From Candidatus Lustribacter sp. (GTDB lineage: Bacteria; Vulcanimicrobiota; Vulcanimicrobiia; Vulcanimicrobiales; Vulcanimicrobiaceae), in NCBI GenBank assembly GCA_965277805.1, contig OZ255842.1, positions 4,064,001-4,128,000 of the forward strand: a DNA stretch of 64,000 nt. The letters run 5' to 3'. The notes beneath the pieces are model-generated. The model did no database searches and was not told where the DNA came from. It was given only the letters and a program-made list of their open reading frames with translations. The position numbers were made by a program, and so were the translations under genes. Shown here one piece after another: positions 56,060-64,000 of this stretch (the stretch's first letter is position 1; each line of letters begins with the position of its first letter).

Positions 56060-57037
56060 ATGGCGACCCTCAACCTCCTCCCCATCTCTGAAACGCTCGA
56101 TATCGACGGGTACTCGAACGTCGTCATCGGCGCAGTCGAACGCGCCAGCCCGTCCGTCGTCGGTATCGACGTACGGCGCGGCGGACGCCGGGCCGGCAGC
56201 GGCTCCGGCTTCATCGCCACGCCCGACGGCTTCGTTTTCACTAACTCGCACGTCGTCCACGGCGCCGACGAGATCGACGTCGCCTTACTCGACGGGCGCC
56301 GCTTCCGCGGCGTGCTGGCCGGCGACGATCCCGATACCGACCTCGCGGTGCTGCGTATCGCCGGCAGCGACCTGATCCCGGCCGTCTTCGGCGACGCGCG
56401 CTCGATCCGGCCCGGCCAACTCGCGATCGCGCTCGGCAACCCGTTCGGCCTCGAATGCACGGTCACGGCGGGCGTCGTCTCGGCGCTCGGACGCTCGCTG
56501 CGTTCGCGCAACGGCCGGCTGATGGACGACATCATCCAAACCGACGCGGCGCTCAATCCCGGCAACAGCGGTGGCCCGCTGGTCGACGCGCGCGGCGCGG
56601 TAATCGGCGTCAACACCGCGATCGTGGCGGGCGGCGGCGGCGGGCTCGGTTTCGCGATCTCCGCGACCACCGCGCAGCGCGTGGCCGGTTTGCTGATCCG
56701 CGACGGCCGCATCAGCCGCGGCTACATCGGCGTCGCCGGTGCCGACGTCGCGATTCCGCGCTACGTGCAGCGGCTGCTCGGACTGATCCAAACGCACGGC
56801 ATTCTCGTGCACGGCGTCGAGGACACGAGTCCCGCGGCCGTGGCCGGCATCGAAGCGGGCGACGTGATCATTGCGCTCGGCGACGCGGCCGTCGACGGCA
56901 TGGATGCGTTGCACCGCATCATGACCGCCGGACCGATCGGCGCGACGACCGTCAAGCTGCTGCGGCGCAACAACATCATGCGCTTCGAGATCACGCCCGC
57001 CGAAGCGCAGGCACGCGAACCCGCGGCAGCACGATGA
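56060..57037 (+). CDS. HtrA/DegS-like serine protease with one PDZ domain
   Basis: TNSHVV, DLAVL, GNSGGP triad; SPAAVAGI..GDVI PDZ motif. Confidence 0.93.
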   Translation: MATLNLLPISETLDIDGYSNVVIGAVERASPSVVGIDVRRGGRRAGSGSGFIATPDGFVFTNSHVVHGADEIDVALLDGRRFRGVLAGDDPDTDLAVLRIAGSDLIPAVFGDARSIRPGQLAIALGNPFGLECTVTAGVVSALGRSLRSRNGRLMDDIIQTDAALNPGNSGGPLVDARGAVIGVNTAIVAGGGGGLGFAISATTAQRVAGLLIRDGRISRGYIGVAGADVAIPRYVQRLLGLIQTHGILVHGVEDTSPAAVAGIEAGDVIIALGDAAVDGMDALHRIMTAGPIGATTVKLLRRNNIMRFEITPAEAQAREPAAAR

Positions 57038-57873
57038 ACGAACGACCGCGCGTCCTCTTGCAGACGACGATTCCATATACCGAAGACGATTGGCACGTCG
57101 GCCGCTTCTCGTTGCTGCGCGACGAGCTCGCAACGGTTGCGGACGTCGTTGCGCGCAACCGCGGGAACGGCGCCGACGGCAATGACCCCGTGCTCTCGAC
57201 CCTCGACGCGAGCGACTTCGACCAGCTGTGGCTCATCGCGGTCGACACCGGAAACGGCATCACGCCGGATGAGTGCGGCGCGATCACGCGGTTTCGCGAG
57301 CACGGCGGTCATGTGTTCGTCACGCGCGACCACATGGATCTCGGCGTGTCGGTGTGCAATCTCGGCGGAATCGGCGACGCGCACTACTTTCACTCCAAGC
57401 ATCCCGATCCGGATCCGCAGAACCGCGTGAACGACAACCACGCGACGCCGATCCAATGGCCGAACTATTTCAGCGGCCCCAACGGCGACGTACAGACGAT
57501 CACGGCCGTCGAGCCGGTCCATCCGGTGCTGGCCGGCGTCGCCACGCTGCCGTCGCATCCGCATGAAGGTTCGGTCGGTGCGCCGCAGAGCCAGCCGGAT
57601 GCGCGCGTCGTCGCGCGCAGCGCGAGCAAAGAGACCGGACGGCCGTTCAACATCGCGGTTGCCTTCGACGGCCACGACGGCGGCGGTAAGGGCTGGGCCG
57701 AGTCGACGTTCCATCACTTCGTCGACTACAACTGGGATGTCGCCGCCGGCTGCCCGTCGTTCGTCGAAGAGCCGCCGAGCGATGCGATCGCCAAGAACCC
57801 GCAGTTACTCAACGATACGAAACGCTACGTACGCAACCTCGTCGCCTGGATGGGCCGCCGCTCCGACCGCTGA
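57034..57873 (+). CDS. Hypothetical protein (possible class I GATase/ThuA-like fold)
   Basis: 279-aa ORF with coding codon bias; ATGA overlap with htrA; RDHMDLG, HPHEG, ESTFHHF motifs. Confidence 0.75.
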   Translation: MNERPRVLLQTTIPYTEDDWHVGRFSLLRDELATVADVVARNRGNGADGNDPVLSTLDASDFDQLWLIAVDTGNGITPDECGAITRFREHGGHVFVTRDHMDLGVSVCNLGGIGDAHYFHSKHPDPDPQNRVNDNHATPIQWPNYFSGPNGDVQTITAVEPVHPVLAGVATLPSHPHEGSVGAPQSQPDARVVARSASKETGRPFNIAVAFDGHDGGGKGWAESTFHHFVDYNWDVAAGCPSFVEEPPSDAIAKNPQLLNDTKRYVRNLVAWMGRRSDR

Positions 57874-57907
57874 AGGTTTTCTTCAGGCTCGTCCACTAGG
57901 GACCAGC

Positions 57908-59098
57908 ATGCAAAACGGACTTCTGCGCCGGCTCTCGCTCCTATTCGTGGCGACCCTTTTGGCCGTGGGGGCGCCGGCCGCCGCGCAGCCGGCACCATAC
58001 GTCATCAACGTCGTGCTCTCGCTGACCGGACCCGCGGCGAACCTCGGTCAAGACGAACAAGCCGGGCTCCTCGCCTTTGAGAAGATGGTGAACCGCACGG
58101 GCGGCATCCGCGGCACGCCGCTGCACTTCCAGATCAGCGACGATCAGTCGTCGCCGACGGTCGCGGTGCAGCTCTTTCAATCGTTCTTGCCGAGCCATCC
58201 CGCCGTGGTGCTGGGTTCGTCGATCGCCGCGCAATCGCAAGCGATGGCGAGCCTCGTCAAAGAGGGCGTCGGTCCGGTGCTCTATGCGCTCACGCCGAAC
58301 ATGCTGCCCACGCCGGGCAGCTACGTGTTCGCAACCAGCGCGCCGACCGTCGATCTCACCGGCATCGGCTCGACGTTCTACCGGCTGCGCGGCATCACGA
58401 AGATCGGCGTCCTCGTTACGACCGACGCTTCCGGCCAAAACAATCTCCAGTCGCTCGTTGACGCGCTGAAGAAGCCGGCCAATAAGGACTTGAAGATCGT
58501 GGACGTGGAGTCGTTCGGCATCACCGACGTGAGCGTTGCCGCGCAAGTTGCCAAACTGAAAGCGGCCGGCCCGCAAATGATCTACGCGCTGCCCAATGGG
58601 ACCGCGTTCGGAACCGCACTGCACGGGCTCTACGACGCCGGCATCGACGTGCCGGTGTATACGTCGGCCGCCAACTTCAGCCCGGTTTTACTCAACCAGT
58701 TCAAGGCGTATTTGCCGAAAGAGCTGACGTGTTCGGGCGCGAGTTTCTTCAAACGCGACCGGCCGGCGAGCGATCCGCAGAAAAAGCCGATCGACGATTT
58801 CTACGCGGCACTTGCAGCCGACGGCGTGACGCAGCCCACCGTGTCACACTCGTTCGCCTGGGATCCCGCACTGATCGTCGTGACCGTGCTGCGCCAGCTG
58901 GGCACGAGCGCAACCGCGTCGCAGATTCACGATGCGATCGAGAAAATGAAAGGCTTCCCCGCTACCGGCGGCATCTACGATTTCACCTCGAATAATCAAC
59001 ATGGCGCCGGCGAGAGCGGGCTGCTCGTGATGAAGTACGATCCCGCGAATCCGGGCCGGCCGATCATCGCGAGCAAACAGGGCGGCGCGCCGATTTAA
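57908..59098 (+). CDS. ABC substrate-binding protein (LivJ/PBP1 type)
   Basis: Signal peptide; SLTGPAA, VNRTGGIRG..DDQSSP motifs. Confidence 0.88.
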   Translation: MQNGLLRRLSLLFVATLLAVGAPAAAQPAPYVINVVLSLTGPAANLGQDEQAGLLAFEKMVNRTGGIRGTPLHFQISDDQSSPTVAVQLFQSFLPSHPAVVLGSSIAAQSQAMASLVKEGVGPVLYALTPNMLPTPGSYVFATSAPTVDLTGIGSTFYRLRGITKIGVLVTTDASGQNNLQSLVDALKKPANKDLKIVDVESFGITDVSVAAQVAKLKAAGPQMIYALPNGTAFGTALHGLYDAGIDVPVYTSAANFSPVLLNQFKAYLPKELTCSGASFFKRDRPASDPQKKPIDDFYAALAADGVTQPTVSHSFAWDPALIVVTVLRQLGTSATASQIHDAIEKMKGFPATGGIYDFTSNNQHGAGESGLLVMKYDPANPGRPIIASKQGGAPI

Positions 59099-59883
59099 GG
59101 ATGCATGATGCGGCCGGCGATTTTCGTCGTCCAGCGCCGCGGCATGAGGCTCGAGAGGCGGATCACGATCTGGTTGCTCAGCCCGTCGATCGCTACCGGC
59201 ACGCCTTTATCGTAGGCGCGTAAGCCGGTGGCGACGACCTCGCGCACGGTGCGGATCGGCCCGCGCGGCGCGGCGATCGCGGTATCGAAGAATTCCGTCG
59301 CGGTGGCGCCGGGACACAGCGCCAACACGCGCACGCCGCGCGCGTGCACCTCTTCGTGCAGCGCTTCGGAGAACGAACGCACGAACGCCTTGGTCGCGCC
59401 GTAGACCGACATCCAGGGCACCGGTTGAAATGCCGCCGTTGAGGCAATGTTGATGACGCCGCCGCGCCCGCGTTCCAGCATCGCGGGCAGAAACGCGTGC
59501 GTGAGCGCGACGAGCGCGGTGACGTTCAGCTCGATCTCTTCGCGCTCGCGTTCGGGCGCAATCGACTCGAAGCGCCCGTGCGTTCCGAAGCCGGCGTTAT
59601 TCACCAGCAGTTCGGGGCTCATCCCCAAGCGCGCGGTTTCGGCCGCGATCTGCTCGGGCACCGCGGACTGGGCCAAGTCGGCCGGGATGATCTCGACGCG
59701 GATGCCGGCGTGTTTGGCGCGCAATCCGGCCGCAAGTTCCTCCAGACGTTCGCGCCGGCGCGCCGTCACGATCAGATCGTAGCCGCGTTCGGCCAAGGCT
59801 TGCGCGAAGCCGAGCCCGATGCCGCCCGATGCACCCGTGATCAGCGCCACCGGGCGTGAAGAAACCGCGGCGATGTTCGTCAT
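59095..59883 (-). CDS. SDR oxidoreductase (DltE-like)
   Basis: TGASGGIG, NNAGFG, YGATK motifs. Confidence 0.9.
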   Translation of the reverse strand: MTNIAAVSSRPVALITGASGGIGLGFAQALAERGYDLIVTARRRERLEELAAGLRAKHAGIRVEIIPADLAQSAVPEQIAAETARLGMSPELLVNNAGFGTHGRFESIAPEREREEIELNVTALVALTHAFLPAMLERGRGGVINIASTAAFQPVPWMSVYGATKAFVRSFSEALHEEVHARGVRVLALCPGATATEFFDTAIAAPRGPIRTVREVVATGLRAYDKGVPVAIDGLSNQIVIRLSSLMPRRWTTKIAGRIMHP

Positions 59884-59895
59884 GTTGGGGTCCTT

Positions 59896-61056
59896 GTGAT
59901 CCTCAAGTTGTTGCCGATCCTCGGCATCACGTTTATCGATATCCTCGGGTTCAGCATCCTGATCCCCCTGATGCCGTATTTCGTGAAGCACTTCGGCGCG
60001 CCCGATATCGTTGTCGGTGGACTTTTTGCCGTGTTCGCTCTGTGTCAGTTCATCGGCGGGCCGGTATGGGGAAACGTCAGCGATCGCATCGGCCGCAAAG
60101 CCGTCCTGATCGTCTCGCAAATCGGGGCCACGATCGGCTGGACGATGCTGGCGTTCGCGCCGAACATCGGCATCGTTTTTCTGGCGCGGATCATCGAGGG
60201 CTTTTCGGGCGGCAATATCAGCGTCACGCAGGCCTACGTTTCGGATCTCGTCGAGCCGGCCAAACGCGGCCGCGCTTTCGCCTACATCGGCGCGGCATTC
60301 AGCTCGGGTCTCGTCTTCGGTCCGCTCGCCGGCGGCTTTCTCGTTGCGCGTTACGGCTTCGCGACGCCGTTCTTGCTTGCAGCCGCATTGCAGTTGCTCA
60401 CGCTGGTCGTCACGATCTTCGTGCTGCCGGAATCGCGCAAGAAAGACACCGAAGAAAAGCCGGCCACGCTCGGCGACATCCGGACCTCGCTGCTCGAGCG
60501 CAGCGTGGCGCCGATCCTCTGGCAGAAGCTCGTGTTCTCGCTCGGCCTCTACGGCTGGTTCTCGGTGTTTACGCTCGTGCTGCAGGCGCAGTTCGGATTC
60601 GACGCGGCGAACGCAAGCTATTTTTTCTGCGTGTTCGGTTTGGCGAGCGTCATCTGTCAGGTCTTCGTCGTCGGCCGGATGACCGATGCGCTCGGCGACC
60701 GCGTTTCATCGAATATCGGTTTCGTCGTGCTGCTGGCGGGTTTTGCGATCGTGCCGTTCGTCCACACGATCCCGTTTGCGATCGCGATGGTGAGCTGCTT
60801 CTCGCTCGGGCTCTCGCTCGTCAACGCGACGATTCCGGCACTGCTCTCGGCGCACGCGCCCGATAACATGCGCGGCACGATCCTCGGTACCGCGTCCTCG
60901 CTCGAGAGCGTGAGCGGCATGTTCATGCCGGTGATCTCGACCTACGTGCTGCAGGCGGCGGGCGTTGCGCCGACCGTCGCGATCACATTCGGCTTGACGA
61001 CGGCGGCGTTGATCATGGGCCTCGCCGCGCTGCGCACGGAGCCGCGCCCGGCCTAG
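59896..61056 (+). CDS. MFS transporter (TetA/DHA1-like)
   Basis: D.LGF..L.P, G.VSDRIGRK, AR...G..GG motifs. Confidence 0.92.
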   Translation: MILKLLPILGITFIDILGFSILIPLMPYFVKHFGAPDIVVGGLFAVFALCQFIGGPVWGNVSDRIGRKAVLIVSQIGATIGWTMLAFAPNIGIVFLARIIEGFSGGNISVTQAYVSDLVEPAKRGRAFAYIGAAFSSGLVFGPLAGGFLVARYGFATPFLLAAALQLLTLVVTIFVLPESRKKDTEEKPATLGDIRTSLLERSVAPILWQKLVFSLGLYGWFSVFTLVLQAQFGFDAANASYFFCVFGLASVICQVFVVGRMTDALGDRVSSNIGFVVLLAGFAIVPFVHTIPFAIAMVSCFSLGLSLVNATIPALLSAHAPDNMRGTILGTASSLESVSGMFMPVISTYVLQAAGVAPTVAITFGLTTAALIMGLAALRTEPRPA

Positions 61057-61784
61057 GCCAGCGTCCCGAACACCGCCCGTTCGACGAGATCGACGGCCGC
61101 GGCGAGACGGTGCTCTTCGAGCGGCTCACCGGCAGCGACGGCTTCGCGCCCAATCCCGTCGAGCATGGAGAAGAGGACGGTCCCGGCCGACTCGGCGTCA
61201 CGCAGCGGGACGATCCCGCGCTGCGCAAGCGCCGCCAGCCAGCCGGCGAGACGTTGCGCGTTGCTGTCGCGCCGCTCTCGCAAGCGGTTGCGGATCTCCG
61301 CATCCTGCGCGGCCAGCGCGTAGAGCGCGCGCACGAGACCGTGGTGCTGCATGCGCGCGTGCAGCAGCGCGGCCGTCCACGTGCGCAGGGCAACGCGTGC
61401 CGCGCCGGCGTCGGACGGCGGCTCATCCAACAGGCCGAGCTCGACGGCGTGCTCGTCGCGCAAGCGGGCGGTCAGCGCATGGATCGCGTCGACGCGATTG
61501 TGGAAATAGCGGTAAAAGGTGCCATGGGCGAGACCCGCTTCCACGCTCACCGCATTAGCCGTGACTTCGCCGGGATCGCTGCGGTCGAGCAAACGCTCGA
61601 GCGCATCGAGCAGCGCTTCGCGCGCGTTGGGCCGCGGCTTGGCGGCGACTTGGGCCCCGGCGGCCTCCCCGCGCCCGAGGTACGTCCAGCGATTGCGAAC
61701 TTTGCCGGTGTCCGGGTCGCGCTCGGAGCGCACGCGATAGCGGTAGGGCCGGCCGTTGACAAGCTTGGTGACCTCATACGCCAT
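61053..61784 (-). CDS. TetR/AcrR regulator with an extra N-terminal domain
   Basis: HTH VSVEAGLAHGTFYRYF; preceded by MAYEVTKLVNGRPYRYRVRSERDPDTGKVRNRWTYLGR. Confidence 0.88.
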   Translation of the reverse strand: MAYEVTKLVNGRPYRYRVRSERDPDTGKVRNRWTYLGRGEAAGAQVAAKPRPNAREALLDALERLLDRSDPGEVTANAVSVEAGLAHGTFYRYFHNRVDAIHALTARLRDEHAVELGLLDEPPSDAGAARVALRTWTAALLHARMQHHGLVRALYALAAQDAEIRNRLRERRDSNAQRLAGWLAALAQRGIVPLRDAESAGTVLFSMLDGIGREAVAAGEPLEEHRLAAAVDLVERAVFGTLA

Positions 61785-61795
61785 GATGTGGTAAA

Positions 61796-61811
61796 ATGAC
61801 TTAAACGTCAT
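61796..61811. promoter_or_regulatory. Putative TetR operator
   Basis: ATGAC-TTAAAC-GTCAT inverted repeat in an AT-rich divergent gap. Confidence 0.6.
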
Positions 61812-61853
61812 GCAAGAATTACCTACAACTGGACGCCGGAACGGAGGCGCGTC

Positions 61854-63413
61854 ATCGCGTCCCTGGTAGCCGAACGGCCGGCGGCGGCCTCGACCGACGC
61901 GGGCGGCGTCCCGCTGATTTGGATCACCGTCACGACGATGCTCGGCCTGATCATGGCCATCATCGATACGTCGATCGTCAACGTGGCGCTGACCAACATG
62001 GCGGGCACGCTCGGCGCTTCGATCGACGAAGTGGGCTGGGTTGCGACGGGGTACATTCTGGCGCAGGTCATCGTCATGCCGCTCAACGGCTGGCTTACCG
62101 CGCGTTTCGGACGGCGTAACTTTTACGCGGCCTGCATCCTGATCTTCACGGTATCGTCGTTCTTGTGCGGCACCGCGACGTCGGTGTGGCAACTGGTCGC
62201 CTATCGCGTGCTGCAAGGCATCGGCGGGGGCGCGCTGCAGCCGACCGCGCAGGCGATCATGTTCGAATCGTATCCGCCCGAGAAGCGCAACGGCGCGATG
62301 GCGATCTTCGGCCTTGGCGCGATGGTCGGCCCGGCGATCGGACCGACGCTGGGCGGCTACCTCGTCGACAACTACTCGTGGCCGTTGATCTTTTGGATCA
62401 ACTTACCGATCGGCATCGCGGCGTTCTTCATGACCATGGCGTTCATCAAAGATCAGACCTACGTGAAGCGCGATACGAGCCCCGTCGACTGGATCGGGCT
62501 CGGCATGCTCGCCGCCGGCGTGGGCGCGCTGCAATACGTGCTCGAGCGCGGTCAAACCGAAGACTGGTTCAGCTCGCAGACGATCATCGTCATGACGATC
62601 ATCTCCGTCGCCTCGATCGTCGCGTTCATCATTCGCGAAATCAACGACGACACGCCGCTGGTCGACTTGAGCGTCTTCCGTTCGCGCTCGTTCACGGGCG
62701 GCAACATCATCGGCATCGTCAGCGGCTTCGGCTTGTACGGGTCGGCGCTCATGATGCCGCTCTACTTCCAAAACGTGCTCGGCTTTACGGCGATGGGTAC
62801 GGGCATCGCGCTCTTGCCCGGCGCGATCGCGACCGCGATCAGCTTGCCGATCGCGGGCCGAATCGGGAAGTGGATCGACTTCCGCATCTGCATCGCGTTC
62901 GGCTTGCTCGTGTTTGCCCTCGGCTGTTGGCTCACCGGCGACCTGAACCAGCAAGCGTCGTTCGAGCAGACGTTCTGGCCGCGGGCGATCCAGGGCTTCG
63001 CGATCGGCTTCATGTGGGTGCCCCTCACGACCGCCACGCTGGGCGATATCTCGCGGGCGAAAATGAGCAGCGCGACCGGCGTTTCGACGCTCGTACGCCA
63101 GCTCGGCGGCAGCCTCGGCATCGCGATCCTGCAGCTGATCGAGACTCGCGATCAGGATTCCGCTTACGCCTCGCTCGCGTCCGGCGTCACGATGGCGAAC
63201 CAAAATGTGGCCAACATGCTGCACGGCGTCGCCAACCAGACGGGGATGCTCGTGAACATCTGGAGCACCGTAATGCTCAACGCCGAGACAATCGCCTACA
63301 ACGAAGTTTTCCGCGTCTGCGCGATCGTGTTCCTCATCTCGATCCCCACGGTCTTGCTGTTGAAATCGCCTCACGGCTCGGGCGGCGCGCCCGAACCAAC
63401 CATGATCGAGTAA
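61854..63413 (+). CDS. DHA2 (EmrB/QacA) efflux MFS; start probably non-canonical (first ATG at 61938)
   Basis: DTSIVNVAL, WVATGY, RFGRR, GP.IGPTLGG, W..IFWINLPIG motifs; GGAGG 6 nt before in-frame ATC. Confidence 0.92.
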   Translation: MASLVAERPAAASTDAGGVPLIWITVTTMLGLIMAIIDTSIVNVALTNMAGTLGASIDEVGWVATGYILAQVIVMPLNGWLTARFGRRNFYAACILIFTVSSFLCGTATSVWQLVAYRVLQGIGGGALQPTAQAIMFESYPPEKRNGAMAIFGLGAMVGPAIGPTLGGYLVDNYSWPLIFWINLPIGIAAFFMTMAFIKDQTYVKRDTSPVDWIGLGMLAAGVGALQYVLERGQTEDWFSSQTIIVMTIISVASIVAFIIREINDDTPLVDLSVFRSRSFTGGNIIGIVSGFGLYGSALMMPLYFQNVLGFTAMGTGIALLPGAIATAISLPIAGRIGKWIDFRICIAFGLLVFALGCWLTGDLNQQASFEQTFWPRAIQGFAIGFMWVPLTTATLGDISRAKMSSATGVSTLVRQLGGSLGIAILQLIETRDQDSAYASLASGVTMANQNVANMLHGVANQTGMLVNIWSTVMLNAETIAYNEVFRVCAIVFLISIPTVLLLKSPHGSGGAPEPTMIE

Positions 63414-63416
63414 GGC

Positions 63417-64000
63417 CTAAGCGGCGCTCTTCTTGCGCTTGGGCTTGGCGGCCGAGGCGGATTTCTTCGCGGCCGGTTCCTTGACGGAGGCGAGTGCTTT
63501 GCCGCGGGCTGCGCCGCCGCGCTTCGATTGCTCGAGACTGCGCTGCAGCACGTCCATCAGGTTCACGACGTTGGTTGCGGCCGGCTTCTTCGTTTCCGGC
63601 GCGGTGACTTCTTCGCCCGCAACGCGTGCCTCGATCATCGCCATCACGGCTTCGCGATATTCGTCGGTGAATTTTTCGGGCTCGAACTTTTCACTGCTCA
63701 TCGTGTCGATCAGCATCTTTGCCATCTGCAGCTCGGCCGGTGCGACCTTCTCCTTGAGTTCGGGAAAATCGAAGTCGCTCTGCTCGACCAGCTCGTCGGC
63801 GAAGTGCATCAGCTCGAGCACGAGCGCCTCGCCGTTGGGCTTGAGCGCGGCCAGGTGCTCGCGCGAGCGGATCACGACCTTTGCAATACCGACCTTGTTC
63901 GCTTCACGCAGCGATTCGCGCAGCAGCGCGTACGCGTGCCGGCCCTTCTTCTCCGGTTCGAGATAGTAGGGCGTATCGAAGTACATCGGGTTGATCTGAT
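63417..64000 (-). CDS. ku: NHEJ Ku protein (5' end outside the window)
   Basis: YFDTPYYLEP, AYALLRESL, RSREHL, D.YREAV, VVNLMDVLQRSL, Lys/Ala tail. Confidence 0.95.
   Translation of the reverse strand, partial: QINPMYFDTPYYLEPEKKGRHAYALLRESLREANKVGIAKVVIRSREHLAALKPNGEALVLELMHFADELVEQSDFDFPELKEKVAPAELQMAKMLIDTMSSEKFEPEKFTDEYREAVMAMIEARVAGEEVTAPETKKPAATNVVNLMDVLQRSLEQSKRGGAARGKALASVKEPAAKKSASAAKPKRKKSAA

Overview
A high-GC, gene-dense bacterial chromosome segment of about 65 CDSs plus one tRNA-Leu(CAG). The gene style suggests an Eremiobacterota/Vulcanimicrobiota-like soil bacterium, but this is an impression only. The left part (1-22.2 kb) is mostly core genes: partial polA, a truncated alpha-2-macroglobulin-like gene, a three-gene micro-operon with two Zn-finger microproteins, FAH/SBP/ADH/pntAA-AB-B, a KamA-type radical SAM aminomutase, LOG and a CheY-like regulator. 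It also holds a single-chain 2-oxoglutarate dehydrogenase carrying lipoyl, E3-binding, E2 and E1 domains. The middle part (22.3-53.3 kb) is an accessory catabolic region. It contains a Rieske oxygenase, two dihydroxyphthalate-decarboxylase-like genes, two class II aldolases, two LLM monooxygenases, an OYE, a HOT, SDRs, many orphan solute-binding proteins, a heme-c adenylate cyclase and an MBL-REC-GAF protein, with a shared MarR-type operator in three divergent promoters. The right part has tRNA-Leu, transporters, a cytoplasmic HtrA, a TetR with a transposase-like N-terminal extension, an EmrB-type MFS and partial ku. No integrase, transposase, CRISPR array or rRNA was seen. All product calls come from motif recognition by eye; no database search was run.
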